Notes under the pieces: generated by a model | Database searches by the model: none | The model's input: the letters and a program-made list of their open reading frames with translations, nothing else | Told to the model about the DNA's origin: nothing | Assembly: GCA_037189525.1 (NCBI GenBank) | Contig: JBBCJC010000002.1 | Coordinates: 1,056,001 to 1,120,000, forward strand | Length of the DNA stretch: 64,000 nt | From: Gemmatimonadales bacterium | Lineage (GTDB): Bacteria; Gemmatimonadota; Gemmatimonadetes; Gemmatimonadales; GWC2-71-9 | Direction: 5' to 3' | Translations under genes and position numbers: made by a program | Part shown: in pieces, positions 9,908-19,119 of the stretch | How the letters are laid out: every line of letters starts with the position of its first letter | Numbering within the stretch: the stretch's first letter is position 1

Positions 9908-10594
9908 TCAGTCTTTGGCCGACCCGATGAACTTGTAGATGGTCGCCCCGAGGACGCCGCCGACGATCGGGGCGACCCAGAAGAGCCACAACTGCTGGAT
10001 TGCCCAGCCGCCGGCAAACAGCGCGACGCCGGTGCTGCGGGCCGGGTTGACCGAAGTGTTGGTGACCGGAATGCTGATCAGGTGGATCAGCGTGAGGCCA
10101 AGGCCGATCGCGATCGGTGCGAAGCCGCTCGGCGCGCGCGAATCGGTGGAGCCCAGAATGATGACCAGGAACAGCGCGGTCAGCACGACTTCGATGATCA
10201 GTGCCGCCTGCATCGAATAGCCCCCGGGCGAGTGCTCACCATAGCCGTTCGATGCGAACCCGCCGAGTTCGAATCCGGCCTTGCCGCTCGCGATGAGATA
10301 GAGCACCCCGCCGGCAACCAGCGCACCAACCACCTGGGCCACGATGTAGGGCAGGAGCTGGTTCGCGGGGAACCGGCCGCCGACCCAGAGTCCCACCGAG
10401 ACCGCGGGGTTGAAGTGTCCGCCCGAGATATGGCCCAGAGCGTACGCCCCGGTGAGTACGGTGAGGCCGAAGGCGAGGGCCACGCCGGCGAACCCGATGC
10501 CGAGTTCCGGGTAGGCCGCTGCGAGAACCGCACTTCCGCATCCGCCAAAGACGAGCCAGAACGTGCCCAGGAACTCCGCGCCGTACTTGTTCAT
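9908..10594 (-). CDS. aqpZ: Aquaporin Z
   Basis: Two NPA motifs ([15 protein letters not shown]); [18 protein letters not shown]. Confidence 0.97.
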   Translation of the reverse strand: MNKYGAEFLGTFWLVFGGCGSAVLAAAYPELGIGFAGVALAFGLTVLTGAYALGHISGGHFNPAVSVGLWVGGRFPANQLLPYIVAQVVGALVAGGVLYLIASGKAGFELGGFASNGYGEHSPGGYSMQAALIIEVVLTALFLVIILGSTDSRAPSGFAPIAIGLGLTLIHLISIPVTNTSVNPARSTGVALFAGGWAIQQLWLFWVAPIVGGVLGATIYKFIGSAKD

Positions 10595-10783
10595 AGATGA
10601 CTCCTCGAAGTCGCAATGGATGTCGACACGCCCTCCGACACGCCCGACCGACACGACCCGTTGCGCCCGCGAGTGGCGGCGGCGTTACGGAACACGTCGT
10701 ATCGGCATGCAAAAGTCGGTGGGGGAAACGCTAAGATACCTTCGCCCGGAGATGCCGCAACCCCGGAAAGATCCGGGGTGCCG

Positions 10784-12379
10784 CTAGCGCCCCAGGATGG
10801 CCGTCGCCTGGCTGAACGCGGTGATGCCCTCGCGCACGTCCGCGTCGAGGAGCGCATGGATCCGGTAGTAGCCCGCGTCACCCCACTTCGCGTCCGCCAC
10901 GATCGGGAGGAGCCAGCGGCTGAGCAACGCGTCGGTGTCGGCACCGTCGGGGATCGTGGCCCCGTCTCGCGCGGCAAAGGCGCGGAAGTCGGCGACGGCG
11001 CCCGCCGGCAACACTAGCGAACGAGCCAGGTCGTCGAGCGAAGCAAGCGAGACGCCCCCGCTCTCGAGCCAGCCCGGCACCCATCGGAGAGCCACCGATT
11101 GCTCGGCCAGTCGGGTGAGCCAGCTCGGCGCGTCCGGCCGTTCGGCCAGGCGGATGTCCGGATAGATGCCGCCACCTCCGTAGACCGTCCGGCCCTTGGT
11201 GGTCCGACAGGATGGACGCCCCACCGTGTCGCGCTCGGCGGTGGCGCGGCGGTAGTACTCACGGGTGGTGATGCCCCGGTACTGCCGCTGGATGATCCGG
11301 CCGCAGGGCGTCTTCGAATGCCCCATCACGAGCCACATGATCGAGCCGTCCGGCAGCGCCACCGCCCGCATCATCAGCGACTTGCCGAAGCTCGGTTGGC
11401 CCACGATGAGGGCGCGGTCGTGGTCCTGCAGGGCGCCGGCCACCAGCTCCGCAGCGCTGGCCGTGTTCTCGTTCTGGAGCAGCACGATCGGGTAGGTCCG
11501 TTCCCGCCGGAAAAAGGAGCGGGAGACCTTGACCGTCTCGTTGAGCTCCGCCTTCCGTCCTTCCTGGACGTGCACCACGGCGCCGCTCGGCAGGAAGAGG
11601 CCCGCCACGTCGGCCGCTTCCTTGACGCTGCCGCCGCCGTTGTCGCGCAGGTCGAGCACCAGGCGCTGCATGCCCGTCCGCTCCAGCTGATCGATGGCCT
11701 TGCGGAGGTCCTCGTTGACCTTGTCGCCCACGAAGGTGGTGACCAGGACGTAGCCCGTCTCGCCGTCCAGCATGAACGACGCCGGCACCGCGGTCGACTC
11801 GCCCACCTTCTCCCGCTTGATGTCGCGGACCACGCTGGTGCGGCTGCCGTCGCTCCGGTGCCGCTCGAAGGTGAGCCGGATGGTCGACCCCTTCCGCCCC
11901 GCGAGCAGGATCTCGAGCTCGTCGGCGCTCTCCGCAGCGACCGGGTTGCCGTCGATGGCCACCAGTTCGTCGCCGGGGAGGACGTTCTGACGCCTCGCAT
12001 CCGACCCTGCCGCGACGCCTACCACCACCGGCGCGCCCCCGACGAAGCGAAACGCGATCGGCACCGGCACCGCGCGGCCTTCCGCCACCTCCTTGGCGCG
12101 CTCGGCGGTGAGGGGCCGATAGACCAGGACGTAGCTGTGCGGGTCGGCCGCGGACACCATTCCGCGGATGGCCGCCATGATGAGCGCGTGCGGATCGGTC
12201 GAGTCGGGGTGATTGACCCGGATCTGGTTGAGCACCCCGGTGAACATCTGGAGGTCTTCGCCGATGGTGCGCGCCCGGGTCGGGGCGGCCGGCCGCTCTT
12301 GCGCAGCAAGCATTGGCGTGCCCGCCGCCAGGACGGCGCTTGCCAGGGCCGCGCCGAGCCGGACGGGCCAGGCGCTCAC
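10784..12379 (-). CDS. S41A C-terminal processing peptidase with PDZ domain
   Basis: DPHS, LDLRDNGGG, TASAAE (catalytic Ser) and FGKS (catalytic Lys); signal peptide. Confidence 0.9.
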   Translation of the reverse strand: MSAWPVRLGAALASAVLAAGTPMLAAQERPAAPTRARTIGEDLQMFTGVLNQIRVNHPDSTDPHALIMAAIRGMVSAADPHSYVLVYRPLTAERAKEVAEGRAVPVPIAFRFVGGAPVVVGVAAGSDARRQNVLPGDELVAIDGNPVAAESADELEILLAGRKGSTIRLTFERHRSDGSRTSVVRDIKREKVGESTAVPASFMLDGETGYVLVTTFVGDKVNEDLRKAIDQLERTGMQRLVLDLRDNGGGSVKEAADVAGLFLPSGAVVHVQEGRKAELNETVKVSRSFFRRERTYPIVLLQNENTASAAELVAGALQDHDRALIVGQPSFGKSLMMRAVALPDGSIMWLVMGHSKTPCGRIIQRQYRGITTREYYRRATAERDTVGRPSCRTTKGRTVYGGGGIYPDIRLAERPDAPSWLTRLAEQSVALRWVPGWLESGGVSLASLDDLARSLVLPAGAVADFRAFAARDGATIPDGADTDALLSRWLLPIVADAKWGDAGYYRIHALLDADVREGITAFSQATAILGR

Positions 12380-13533
12380 GGGGCGCTCCCGCCCAGCGCG
12401 GCGATCCGCTGTTTGGCGTGCGCGCGCTCCTGCTGCCGGACGAGCGGCGCGATCCCGAGGAAGCGGGTGTACTGCTCGATGGCCTGCGGTTTCTGGTCGC
12501 TCCGGTCGAGCGCCAATGCCAGGCCGAAGTAGGGCATGGCGAAGAGCGGTTCCGCCGCGATGGCCTTCTCGAAGTGCGGCACCGCATCGGCTGGGCGGCC
12601 CGCGTTGACCAGCGCCGAGCCATACCGCTCCTGGAGGAAGGGCGACTCGGGCTTGAGGTCGACCGCGAGCTGATACTCCTGCAGGTAGGTGGCCGTGTCG
12701 CCGCGGATCCGCGCCAGCTCGCCCAGCCGGAGGTGGGCCATGTAGAACGAGAGATCTTCGGCGATGACGCGGTCGTAGGCCTCGCGCGCGAGGGCCGGCT
12801 GCCGCGCCAGCTCATACATCCAGCCGATCATGTACTCGGCGAACGCTTTGGAATCGTAGAAGACCACCACGTCCTTTTGTTCGGCGGTCTCCTTCCTGCC
12901 GATCATGGTGCGCAGCTCCGCGACGGCGCTGTCGGTCTGACCCATCTGATAGAAGGCGAGCGCGCGGTCGACATGGGTGCTCAGGTCCTTCTTGTCGCGC
13001 TTGAGCGCTTCCGCGAACTGCCGCACCGCATCGGGGAAGCGGCCCCGAGTGTAGGCGAGCCAACCGTTGAACCAGGGATTCGGTCCGCGCCAGTCGGCGG
13101 CCGCTGCGCTGATGCCCGTCTCGTGTTCGTACCACTTGTAGAGCAGCAGCATGTCGTGCGCGCGGTAGAGGAGCGGGTTGCGGAGCAGCGCCTCGTTCTG
13201 CAGCGAGTCGATGGCGCGCACCTCCTTCGAGCGGTAGTAGCCGCGGCGCAGGAGATAATCCGCCAGGCGATGCGGAGCCGACAGGTGATACGCCACCCGC
13301 TTGGCATAGAGCGGCTCGGCCCAGCCCGGTTCCATCCGCGCGGCCCAGTGGAATGCGGCGAGCGCCTCGTCCGGACGGCTGCGGAGATTGTTGAGGCCAA
13401 ACTCGTGATAGGCGGTGGCACTATTGGTATCCGCCGATGCCGGGAGTTTCGGGCGCCGAGGCTCCTTCTGCGCCAGAATGGACAGAGGCGTGGTGGCGAC
13501 GACAGCGAGAACCAGCGCGAGCGCTCGAGACAT
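12376..13533 (-). CDS. Secreted tetratricopeptide repeat protein
   Basis: Signal peptide and several TPR-like helical repeats; 4 bp overlap with the S41 gene. Confidence 0.8.
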   Translation of the reverse strand: MSRALALVLAVVATTPLSILAQKEPRRPKLPASADTNSATAYHEFGLNNLRSRPDEALAAFHWAARMEPGWAEPLYAKRVAYHLSAPHRLADYLLRRGYYRSKEVRAIDSLQNEALLRNPLLYRAHDMLLLYKWYEHETGISAAAADWRGPNPWFNGWLAYTRGRFPDAVRQFAEALKRDKKDLSTHVDRALAFYQMGQTDSAVAELRTMIGRKETAEQKDVVVFYDSKAFAEYMIGWMYELARQPALAREAYDRVIAEDLSFYMAHLRLGELARIRGDTATYLQEYQLAVDLKPESPFLQERYGSALVNAGRPADAVPHFEKAIAAEPLFAMPYFGLALALDRSDQKPQAIEQYTRFLGIAPLVRQQERAHAKQRIAALGGSAP

Positions 13534-13698
13534 GGCGACCTCCTGATGCGGCCGGCCGAGGATCTGTGGGGATTGCGAAGCTACCACCAATATCGCGCCT
13601 GGCCGGCCTTTGGGGAATGGGAAGGTTAGAGTTCGGAGATTCCGCTGTCTCGGCTCGCCGCACTCCGCCTGGGTCCCGACGCGGGGTTAGCTTACGGA

Positions 13699-14493
13699 AT
13701 GCGCCAGTATCTGGATCTGCTCCGCCACGTCCTCGAGCACGGTCGCGCCAAGAGCGACCGCACCGGCACCGGCACCTTGAGCGTCTTCGGCGAGCAAGTG
13801 CGATATGACCTGGCTCAGGGGTTTCCCCTCCTGACGACCAAGAAGGTCCACACCAAATCGATCATCTACGAATTGCTCTGGTTTCTGCGCGGCGAAACCA
13901 ATGTCGCGTATTTGAAAGAGCATGGCGTTTCCATCTGGAACGAGTGGGCGGACCCGCAAGGCGAACTCGGTCCTATATATGGATATCAGTGGCGGTCCTG
14001 GCCGACGCGGGATGGAGGCACGGTCGACCAGATCACGCAGGTGGTCGACCAGATCAGGTCCAATCCGGATTCCCGGCGCCTCATCGTTAGTGCCTGGAAT
14101 GTCGCCGATTTGCCGCGGATGGCTCTGGCCCCGTGTCACGCGCTCTTCCAGTTCTATGTGGGGGACGGTCGGCTGTCGTGCCAGCTCTATCAGCGCAGTG
14201 CCGACATCTTCCTCGGTGTCCCGTTCAACATCGCCTCCTATGCATTGCTTACCATGATGGTGGCCCAGGTGACCGGACTCGGCGTGGGCGAGTTCGTCCA
14301 CACCTTCGGCGACCTCCATCTCTATACCAATCACATCGAGCAGGCCAAGCTGCAGCTCACACGTGAGCCAAAGCCGCTGCCCACCATGCGGCTCCGGTCC
14401 GGCGTGCGGTCGATCTTCGACTTCCAGTTCGACGACTTCGAGCTGATCGGCTATCATCCCGATCCGCACATCTCGGCGCCGGTGGCGGTATGA
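13699..14493 (+). CDS. thyA: Thymidylate synthase
   Basis: DRTGTGT, MALAPCH and [18 protein letters not shown]. Confidence 0.98.
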   Translation: MRQYLDLLRHVLEHGRAKSDRTGTGTLSVFGEQVRYDLAQGFPLLTTKKVHTKSIIYELLWFLRGETNVAYLKEHGVSIWNEWADPQGELGPIYGYQWRSWPTRDGGTVDQITQVVDQIRSNPDSRRLIVSAWNVADLPRMALAPCHALFQFYVGDGRLSCQLYQRSADIFLGVPFNIASYALLTMMVAQVTGLGVGEFVHTFGDLHLYTNHIEQAKLQLTREPKPLPTMRLRSGVRSIFDFQFDDFELIGYHPDPHISAPVAV

Positions 14494-14990
14494 CTCCGAT
14501 CGTGTCGCTGGTGGCGGCAATGGCCGAGAACCGCGTCATCGGTCGGGATGGCGGATTGCCGTGGCATCTGCCGGACGATCTCAAGCACTTCAAGCGGCTC
14601 ACGCTCGATCACACCATCATCATGGGTCGGAAGACCTTCGACGAGGTCGGCCGGCCGCTGGCCAATCGGCGGAACGTCGTGATCTCCCGCAATCCGACCT
14701 TTCGCCCCGCGGGTGTCACCGTGGTGCCCAGTCTCAATGAGGCGCTGGCACTCGGCGCCACCGAGTCCGAGGTGTTCGTGATCGGCGGCGGCGCCATCTA
14801 TCAACTCGCCCTTCCGCGGGCGAACCGCCTCTACCTCACACTTGTCCATGCCGATGTAGAGGGGGATACGTATTTCCCCGACTTCGATGAGGCGGCGTGG
14901 GCAATCGAAGACGAATCCTTCCATCCCGCCGACGATCGGCACCAGTACAGCTTCACCATTCGGACGTACCGCCGGCTTCCCAATCCCTGA
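14490..14990 (+). CDS. folA: Dihydrofolate reductase
   Basis: [20 protein letters not shown] and IGGG; ATGA overlap with thyA. Confidence 0.97.
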   Translation: MTPIVSLVAAMAENRVIGRDGGLPWHLPDDLKHFKRLTLDHTIIMGRKTFDEVGRPLANRRNVVISRNPTFRPAGVTVVPSLNEALALGATESEVFVIGGGAIYQLALPRANRLYLTLVHADVEGDTYFPDFDEAAWAIEDESFHPADDRHQYSFTIRTYRRLPNP

Positions 14991-15099
14991 TCTGACGAGC
15001 CGATCGCCCTCGTTTGCTGCGATCGGCGCGGCTTCGATCGCTCCGAAAATCCGAAAAACGCACGCGAATGTGTCGATTGGGTCGATCAATCTCGACTTT

Positions 15100-15143
15100 A
15101 ATGCAAAAAATGTATTGTGCGTTTTGAAATGATTTCTTAGCTT
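15100..15143 (+). promoter_or_regulatory. Candidate promoter of the ATP-grasp/kamA operon
   Basis: Locally AT-rich tract with an A-run followed by TTGTGC-17 bp-TAGCTT. Confidence 0.4.
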
Positions 15144-15219
15144 AGTTAGGAGTAGTTGCCGATACCGACGCTCGTTGCGGATTCGATGCAGGCCGAGCGC
15201 ACCTTTTCAAGGAGATCTT

Positions 15220-16347
15220 TTGGCGGTCCGAATAGGGTTCGCATTCAATCTCAAGCCGAATCTCCCCACGTCGCCATCGGGTGCGGACAACGCACCAGAC
15301 TCTGTCGTCTCCGCTCCTGCCCCCGCTGCTCCCGCTCTCAATCGCACGCTTCGCTCTGATCTCCCCCAGCCGGATCTCTATGCCGAATGGGATGAGGCCG
15401 AGACGATCGATGCGGTCGAACGGGCGCTGTCGGGCATCGGCAAGGTGATTCGTCTCGAGGCCGATGCCGATTTTCCGCGCCGGCTGATGGACGCACGGCC
15501 CGATTTCGTGTTCAACATCGCCGAGGGACTCTATGGCGTGAATCGCGAGGCGCATGTGCCGGCGATTTGCGAGTTTCTGGGCGTTCCGTATCACGCATCG
15601 GACCCGCTCACCCTGAGTCTCTCGCTCCACAAAGGGCGGGCGAAGGAAGTCTTTGCCTACCACGGCGTGCCGACAGCCCCGTTCATCGTGGCCAACTCGC
15701 GAGCGGACGCCCGCAACGTGACGCTGCCGTTTCCGCTCTTCGCCAAGCCGGCTCTCGAAGGGTCGAGCAAGGGAATCACGGCGCGGAGTCTCTGCACCAA
15801 CCGGGCGAAACTGGTGTCGGTGGTCGGCGAACTGCTCGAGGTCTACCAGCAGCCGGTGCTGATCGAGGCGTACTTGCCGGGACAGGAGTTTACCGTTGCC
15901 ATTGTCGGCAATGGTCGCGAGGCGCGCTGCCTTCCGCTGGTCGGGATGCGCTTCGATGACCTGCCGCTCGGCGCGCCGCCGATCTACGGCTACGAAGCCA
16001 AGTGGCTCTGGGATACGCCGGAGCGTCCGCTCGCGATGTTCGACTGCCCGGCTCGGGTCGACAAGGATCTCGCGCGGGAGGTTCGCAGCGCCGCCCTCTC
16101 CGCTTATCGCGTCATGGGATGCCGCGATTGGGCTCGCGTCGATGTGCGTTGCGATGCGTCCGGTCGCCCCAATGTGGTTGAAGTCAATCCGCTGCCCGGG
16201 ATTCTTCCGAATCCGCAGGACAACTCCTGCTTCCCGAAAGCGGCGCGCGCGGCCGGAATGTCGTATGAGGCGCTGATCCAGACGGTGGCCGATGTCGCCT
16301 GGCGCCGGATCAGCGGGAAGTCGCTCCTCGTCAAGGCAGCGGCATGA
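15220..16347 (+). CDS. D-Ala-D-Ala ligase-like ATP-grasp protein 1
   Basis: FNIAEG, KPALEGSSKGI, EFTV and RVDVR...EVNPLPG; TTG start inferred after an AAGGAG RBS. Confidence 0.85.
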   Translation: MAVRIGFAFNLKPNLPTSPSGADNAPDSVVSAPAPAAPALNRTLRSDLPQPDLYAEWDEAETIDAVERALSGIGKVIRLEADADFPRRLMDARPDFVFNIAEGLYGVNREAHVPAICEFLGVPYHASDPLTLSLSLHKGRAKEVFAYHGVPTAPFIVANSRADARNVTLPFPLFAKPALEGSSKGITARSLCTNRAKLVSVVGELLEVYQQPVLIEAYLPGQEFTVAIVGNGREARCLPLVGMRFDDLPLGAPPIYGYEAKWLWDTPERPLAMFDCPARVDKDLAREVRSAALSAYRVMGCRDWARVDVRCDASGRPNVVEVNPLPGILPNPQDNSCFPKAARAAGMSYEALIQTVADVAWRRISGKSLLVKAAA

Positions 16348-17351
16348 AGATCGGCATCACTCACGACGCGGGCAGCGGTGACTGGGATCCGAAGGACGTG
16401 GCCGCGGTGCTCGAGAACGTCCGCGCGGTGCGGCGGGCGCTTCGAGCCGGCGGACACGAGACCACGGTCATTCCCGTCAAGCTCGGCGACGTGCGCTGGC
16501 TCCAGCGAGCCCAGCGGTGTGATGCCATTTTCAATCTGATCGAAGGGGTCAATGGGATTGCCCGCTACGAAGACTACGCGGTCGCGGCGCTCGATTTGAG
16601 CCGAATCCCGTACACGGGCTGCACGTCGTGGACCGTGACCATCGCGCACCGGAAACACATCGCCAACACGCTCTTTGCCGCGCACGGCGTTCCGGTGCCG
16701 CCCTTCGTCCACGCCAAGCGGGACACCGTGCCGACCGGTCTCAAGTTCCCGGTCATCGTGAAGCCGTCGGGTGAGGACGCGAGTGTCGGGATCGATTCCG
16801 GCTCGGTCTGCACCACCCGCAAGGCGCTCAAGGAACGCCTGGCCAAGGTCAAAGGCCTCTGGGACGACACGCTGGTGCAGGAGTATGTGCCGGGACGCGA
16901 GGTCAACGTCGGCTTCGTCGGTTCCGAGATGCTGCCGCTGTCGGAAATTGACTTCGCCAAGATGCCGCGCGGCAGCTGGCCGATCGTGACCTATGCCGCC
17001 AAGTGGGATGAGGGCAGCCCGGAAGACATCGGGACGGTGCCGATGTGTCCGGCGCCGCTCACGCCCGAACTCGCCAAACGGGTCGAAGCCGTCGCCCGGC
17101 TTGCCTGGCAAGTCATCGGACAGGAATCCGGCTACGGTCGGGTCGACATCCGGATTGCGCCGGACGGACAGCCGTACGTGTTGGAGGTCAATCCGAATCC
17201 CGACATCTCTGCCGATGCCGGGTTGGCGCGCATGGCGCGCGCCCACGGATGGAACTACGAGGCCCTGATTCAGAAAGTCGTCGAAGAGGCGCTCGAGCGT
17301 GCGGTGCGGCGGCGGGAGGCCGAGGCGCTCTACGTCAAGGCGACCGCATGA
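16344..17351 (+). CDS. D-Ala-D-Ala ligase-like ATP-grasp protein 2
   Basis: FNLIEG, KPSGEDASVGI and GYGRVDIR...EVNPNPD; ATGA overlap with the previous gene. Confidence 0.85.
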   Translation: MKIGITHDAGSGDWDPKDVAAVLENVRAVRRALRAGGHETTVIPVKLGDVRWLQRAQRCDAIFNLIEGVNGIARYEDYAVAALDLSRIPYTGCTSWTVTIAHRKHIANTLFAAHGVPVPPFVHAKRDTVPTGLKFPVIVKPSGEDASVGIDSGSVCTTRKALKERLAKVKGLWDDTLVQEYVPGREVNVGFVGSEMLPLSEIDFAKMPRGSWPIVTYAAKWDEGSPEDIGTVPMCPAPLTPELAKRVEAVARLAWQVIGQESGYGRVDIRIAPDGQPYVLEVNPNPDISADAGLARMARAHGWNYEALIQKVVEEALERAVRRREAEALYVKATA

Positions 17352-17854
17352 TGGTTGCGGACCGGGTCTCGCGGATTCGCCTCCTCGAACCCGGTGACCG
17401 TCAGCGCGTCGAAGCGATGACACGCGCCACGGGCTTCTTCTTCGACTATGAGATCGACATTGCCCTCGAGGTGTTCGACGCCGCGACGGGGGCAGGAGCG
17501 GATGGGACGATCGACCCCGACTACGAAACGGCGGGTGTCGAGTCCGATGGTGTGCTGATCGCGTGGGCGTGCTGGGGGCCGGTGCCGGAAACGCCTCAGT
17601 CGTTCGATCTGTACTGGATCGTGGTCGACCCGACGGCACAAGGGTCCGGCTGCGGAACTGCGCTGTTGCAGGAGATGGACCGCCGAATCGCGGGGCGGGC
17701 AACACAGGTACTGGTCGAAACGAGCGGGCGGCCCGACTACGCGAAGACGCGGGCCTTTTACGAACGGCATGGGTATCGGCAGGTCGCGCGGGTCCCGGAT
17801 CACTTTGCACCCGGTGACGACCTCGTGCGGTATGCCCGGGACGTCCGCAGGTGA
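17348..17854 (+). CDS. GNAT family N-acetyltransferase
   Basis: DLYWIVVDPTAQGSGCGTALL acetyl-CoA motif and FYERHGY; ATGA overlap. Confidence 0.88.
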   Translation: MMVADRVSRIRLLEPGDRQRVEAMTRATGFFFDYEIDIALEVFDAATGAGADGTIDPDYETAGVESDGVLIAWACWGPVPETPQSFDLYWIVVDPTAQGSGCGTALLQEMDRRIAGRATQVLVETSGRPDYAKTRAFYERHGYRQVARVPDHFAPGDDLVRYARDVRR

Positions 17855-17865
17855 GGAGAGGCTAG

Positions 17866-19029
17866 ATGGCGACGTGGCAGGAGCTACTCAAAACGCGATC
17901 GATCGCGAGTCTCGATAAGCTGGCCGAGCGGTTCGGGCCGGAGCATGTCGGGCAGATCGAACGCCTCAGGCAGGCGGTCGACAACTTCGAGTTCCGGATT
18001 TCTCCGGCCATGGTCGACCTGATCAAAGAGCCCGGAGATCCGATCTGGCGCCAGTACGTGCCGACCATGGCCGAGCTGGATGTCCAGGATGGCATCGTCG
18101 ACTCGCTCAACGAGGATGCCGACAGCCCGGTTCCCAACATCACGCATCGTTATCCCGATCGCGCGCTGTTCCTGGTCTCGCCGGTCTGCGCCAGCTACTG
18201 CCGTTTCTGCACTCGGCGCCGGAAGGTGGGCGACCCCGAGAAGATTCCGCTGACGCAGTTCGAAAGCGCCTTCCAGTATCTCGAGCAGCACACCGAGATC
18301 CGGGACGTCATCATGTCCGGCGGCGACCCGCTGATGCTCTCCGAGCGGCGGCTCGAAGCGATCCTGACTCGGCTGCGGGCCATTCCGCATCTCGAAATCA
18401 TTCGGATCGGGAGCCGGATTCCTTGCCACATGCCGGAGCGGATCACCCCGGAACTCTGCAGTACGCTGCACAAGTTCCATCCGCTCTTCATCAACACGCA
18501 TTTCAATCACCCGGACGAGCTGACGCCGGCCGCGGTGCGGGGACTCGGTATGCTCGCCGATGCCGGCATTCCGCTCGGCTGCCAGACCGTGCTGCTCAAG
18601 GGCGTCAACGACACGCCCGAAGTGATGGTGCGCCTGATGCAGAAGCTGCTGGCTGCGCGGGTCCGGCCGTACTACATCTACATGGCCGATCAGGTGGCCG
18701 GCGGCGAGCACTTCCGGACCTCGGTGGAAACCGGACTCCGGATCATGAAGGCGCTCCGCGGCTGGACCAGCGGTCTCGCCAGCCCGCATTTCGTGATCGA
18801 CGCGCCCGGTGGCGGCGGCAAGATTCCGCTGCTTCCGAATTACGTCGAAGATTTTGCCCAGGACGAAATCGTGCTGCGCAACTTCCGGGGTGATCGCTTC
18901 GTCTATAAGCAGCCGGAGCATGCGGCGGCGCCGGTCCGGAAGATCGATCCCGAGTATCTCTTCAATCCGGACTTCGACTTGCCGCGACCGATGAAGGCCA
19001 AAGCCACCCGGAAACGCAAGTCGGCCTGA
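17866..19029 (+). CDS. kamA: KamA family radical SAM, lysine 2,3-aminomutase-like
   Basis: THRYPDR, CASYCRFCTRRR, SGGDPL, HFNHP and DAPGGGGKIP (PLP lysine). Confidence 0.9.
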   Translation: MATWQELLKTRSIASLDKLAERFGPEHVGQIERLRQAVDNFEFRISPAMVDLIKEPGDPIWRQYVPTMAELDVQDGIVDSLNEDADSPVPNITHRYPDRALFLVSPVCASYCRFCTRRRKVGDPEKIPLTQFESAFQYLEQHTEIRDVIMSGGDPLMLSERRLEAILTRLRAIPHLEIIRIGSRIPCHMPERITPELCSTLHKFHPLFINTHFNHPDELTPAAVRGLGMLADAGIPLGCQTVLLKGVNDTPEVMVRLMQKLLAARVRPYYIYMADQVAGGEHFRTSVETGLRIMKALRGWTSGLASPHFVIDAPGGGGKIPLLPNYVEDFAQDEIVLRNFRGDRFVYKQPEHAAAPVRKIDPEYLFNPDFDLPRPMKAKATRKRKSA

Positions 19030-19045
19030 GCCTGTCGTGATTTCC

Positions 19046-19082
19046 TGCGGCGGTCTCCGGCGTGATGCCGGGGGCCGCCGCA
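19046..19082 (+). other. 16 bp GC-rich stem-loop between kamA and the cyclodeaminase gene
   Basis: TGCGGCGGTCTCCGGC-GTGAT-GCCGGGGGCCGCCGCA with two G-U pairs on the + strand; no U-tract. Confidence 0.6.
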
Positions 19083-19119
19083 AGTCGTATCGCCGTTCCG
19101 TCATTCCACAGGACAGATT

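Noticed and set aside
14490..14990. Acquired trimethoprim-resistance dfr cassette
   Set aside because: Ordinary thyA-folA coupling; no integron attC site or integrase seen.
15220..17351. Glycopeptide resistance (van) or housekeeping ddl call
   Set aside because: No vanH, vanX, vanR or vanS and no dcw cluster context; canonical Ddl substrate motifs are absent.
17866..19029. EF-P modification enzyme EpmB call
   Set aside because: No efp or epmA nearby; the GGGGKIP motif and operon context fit the KamA/AblA type better.
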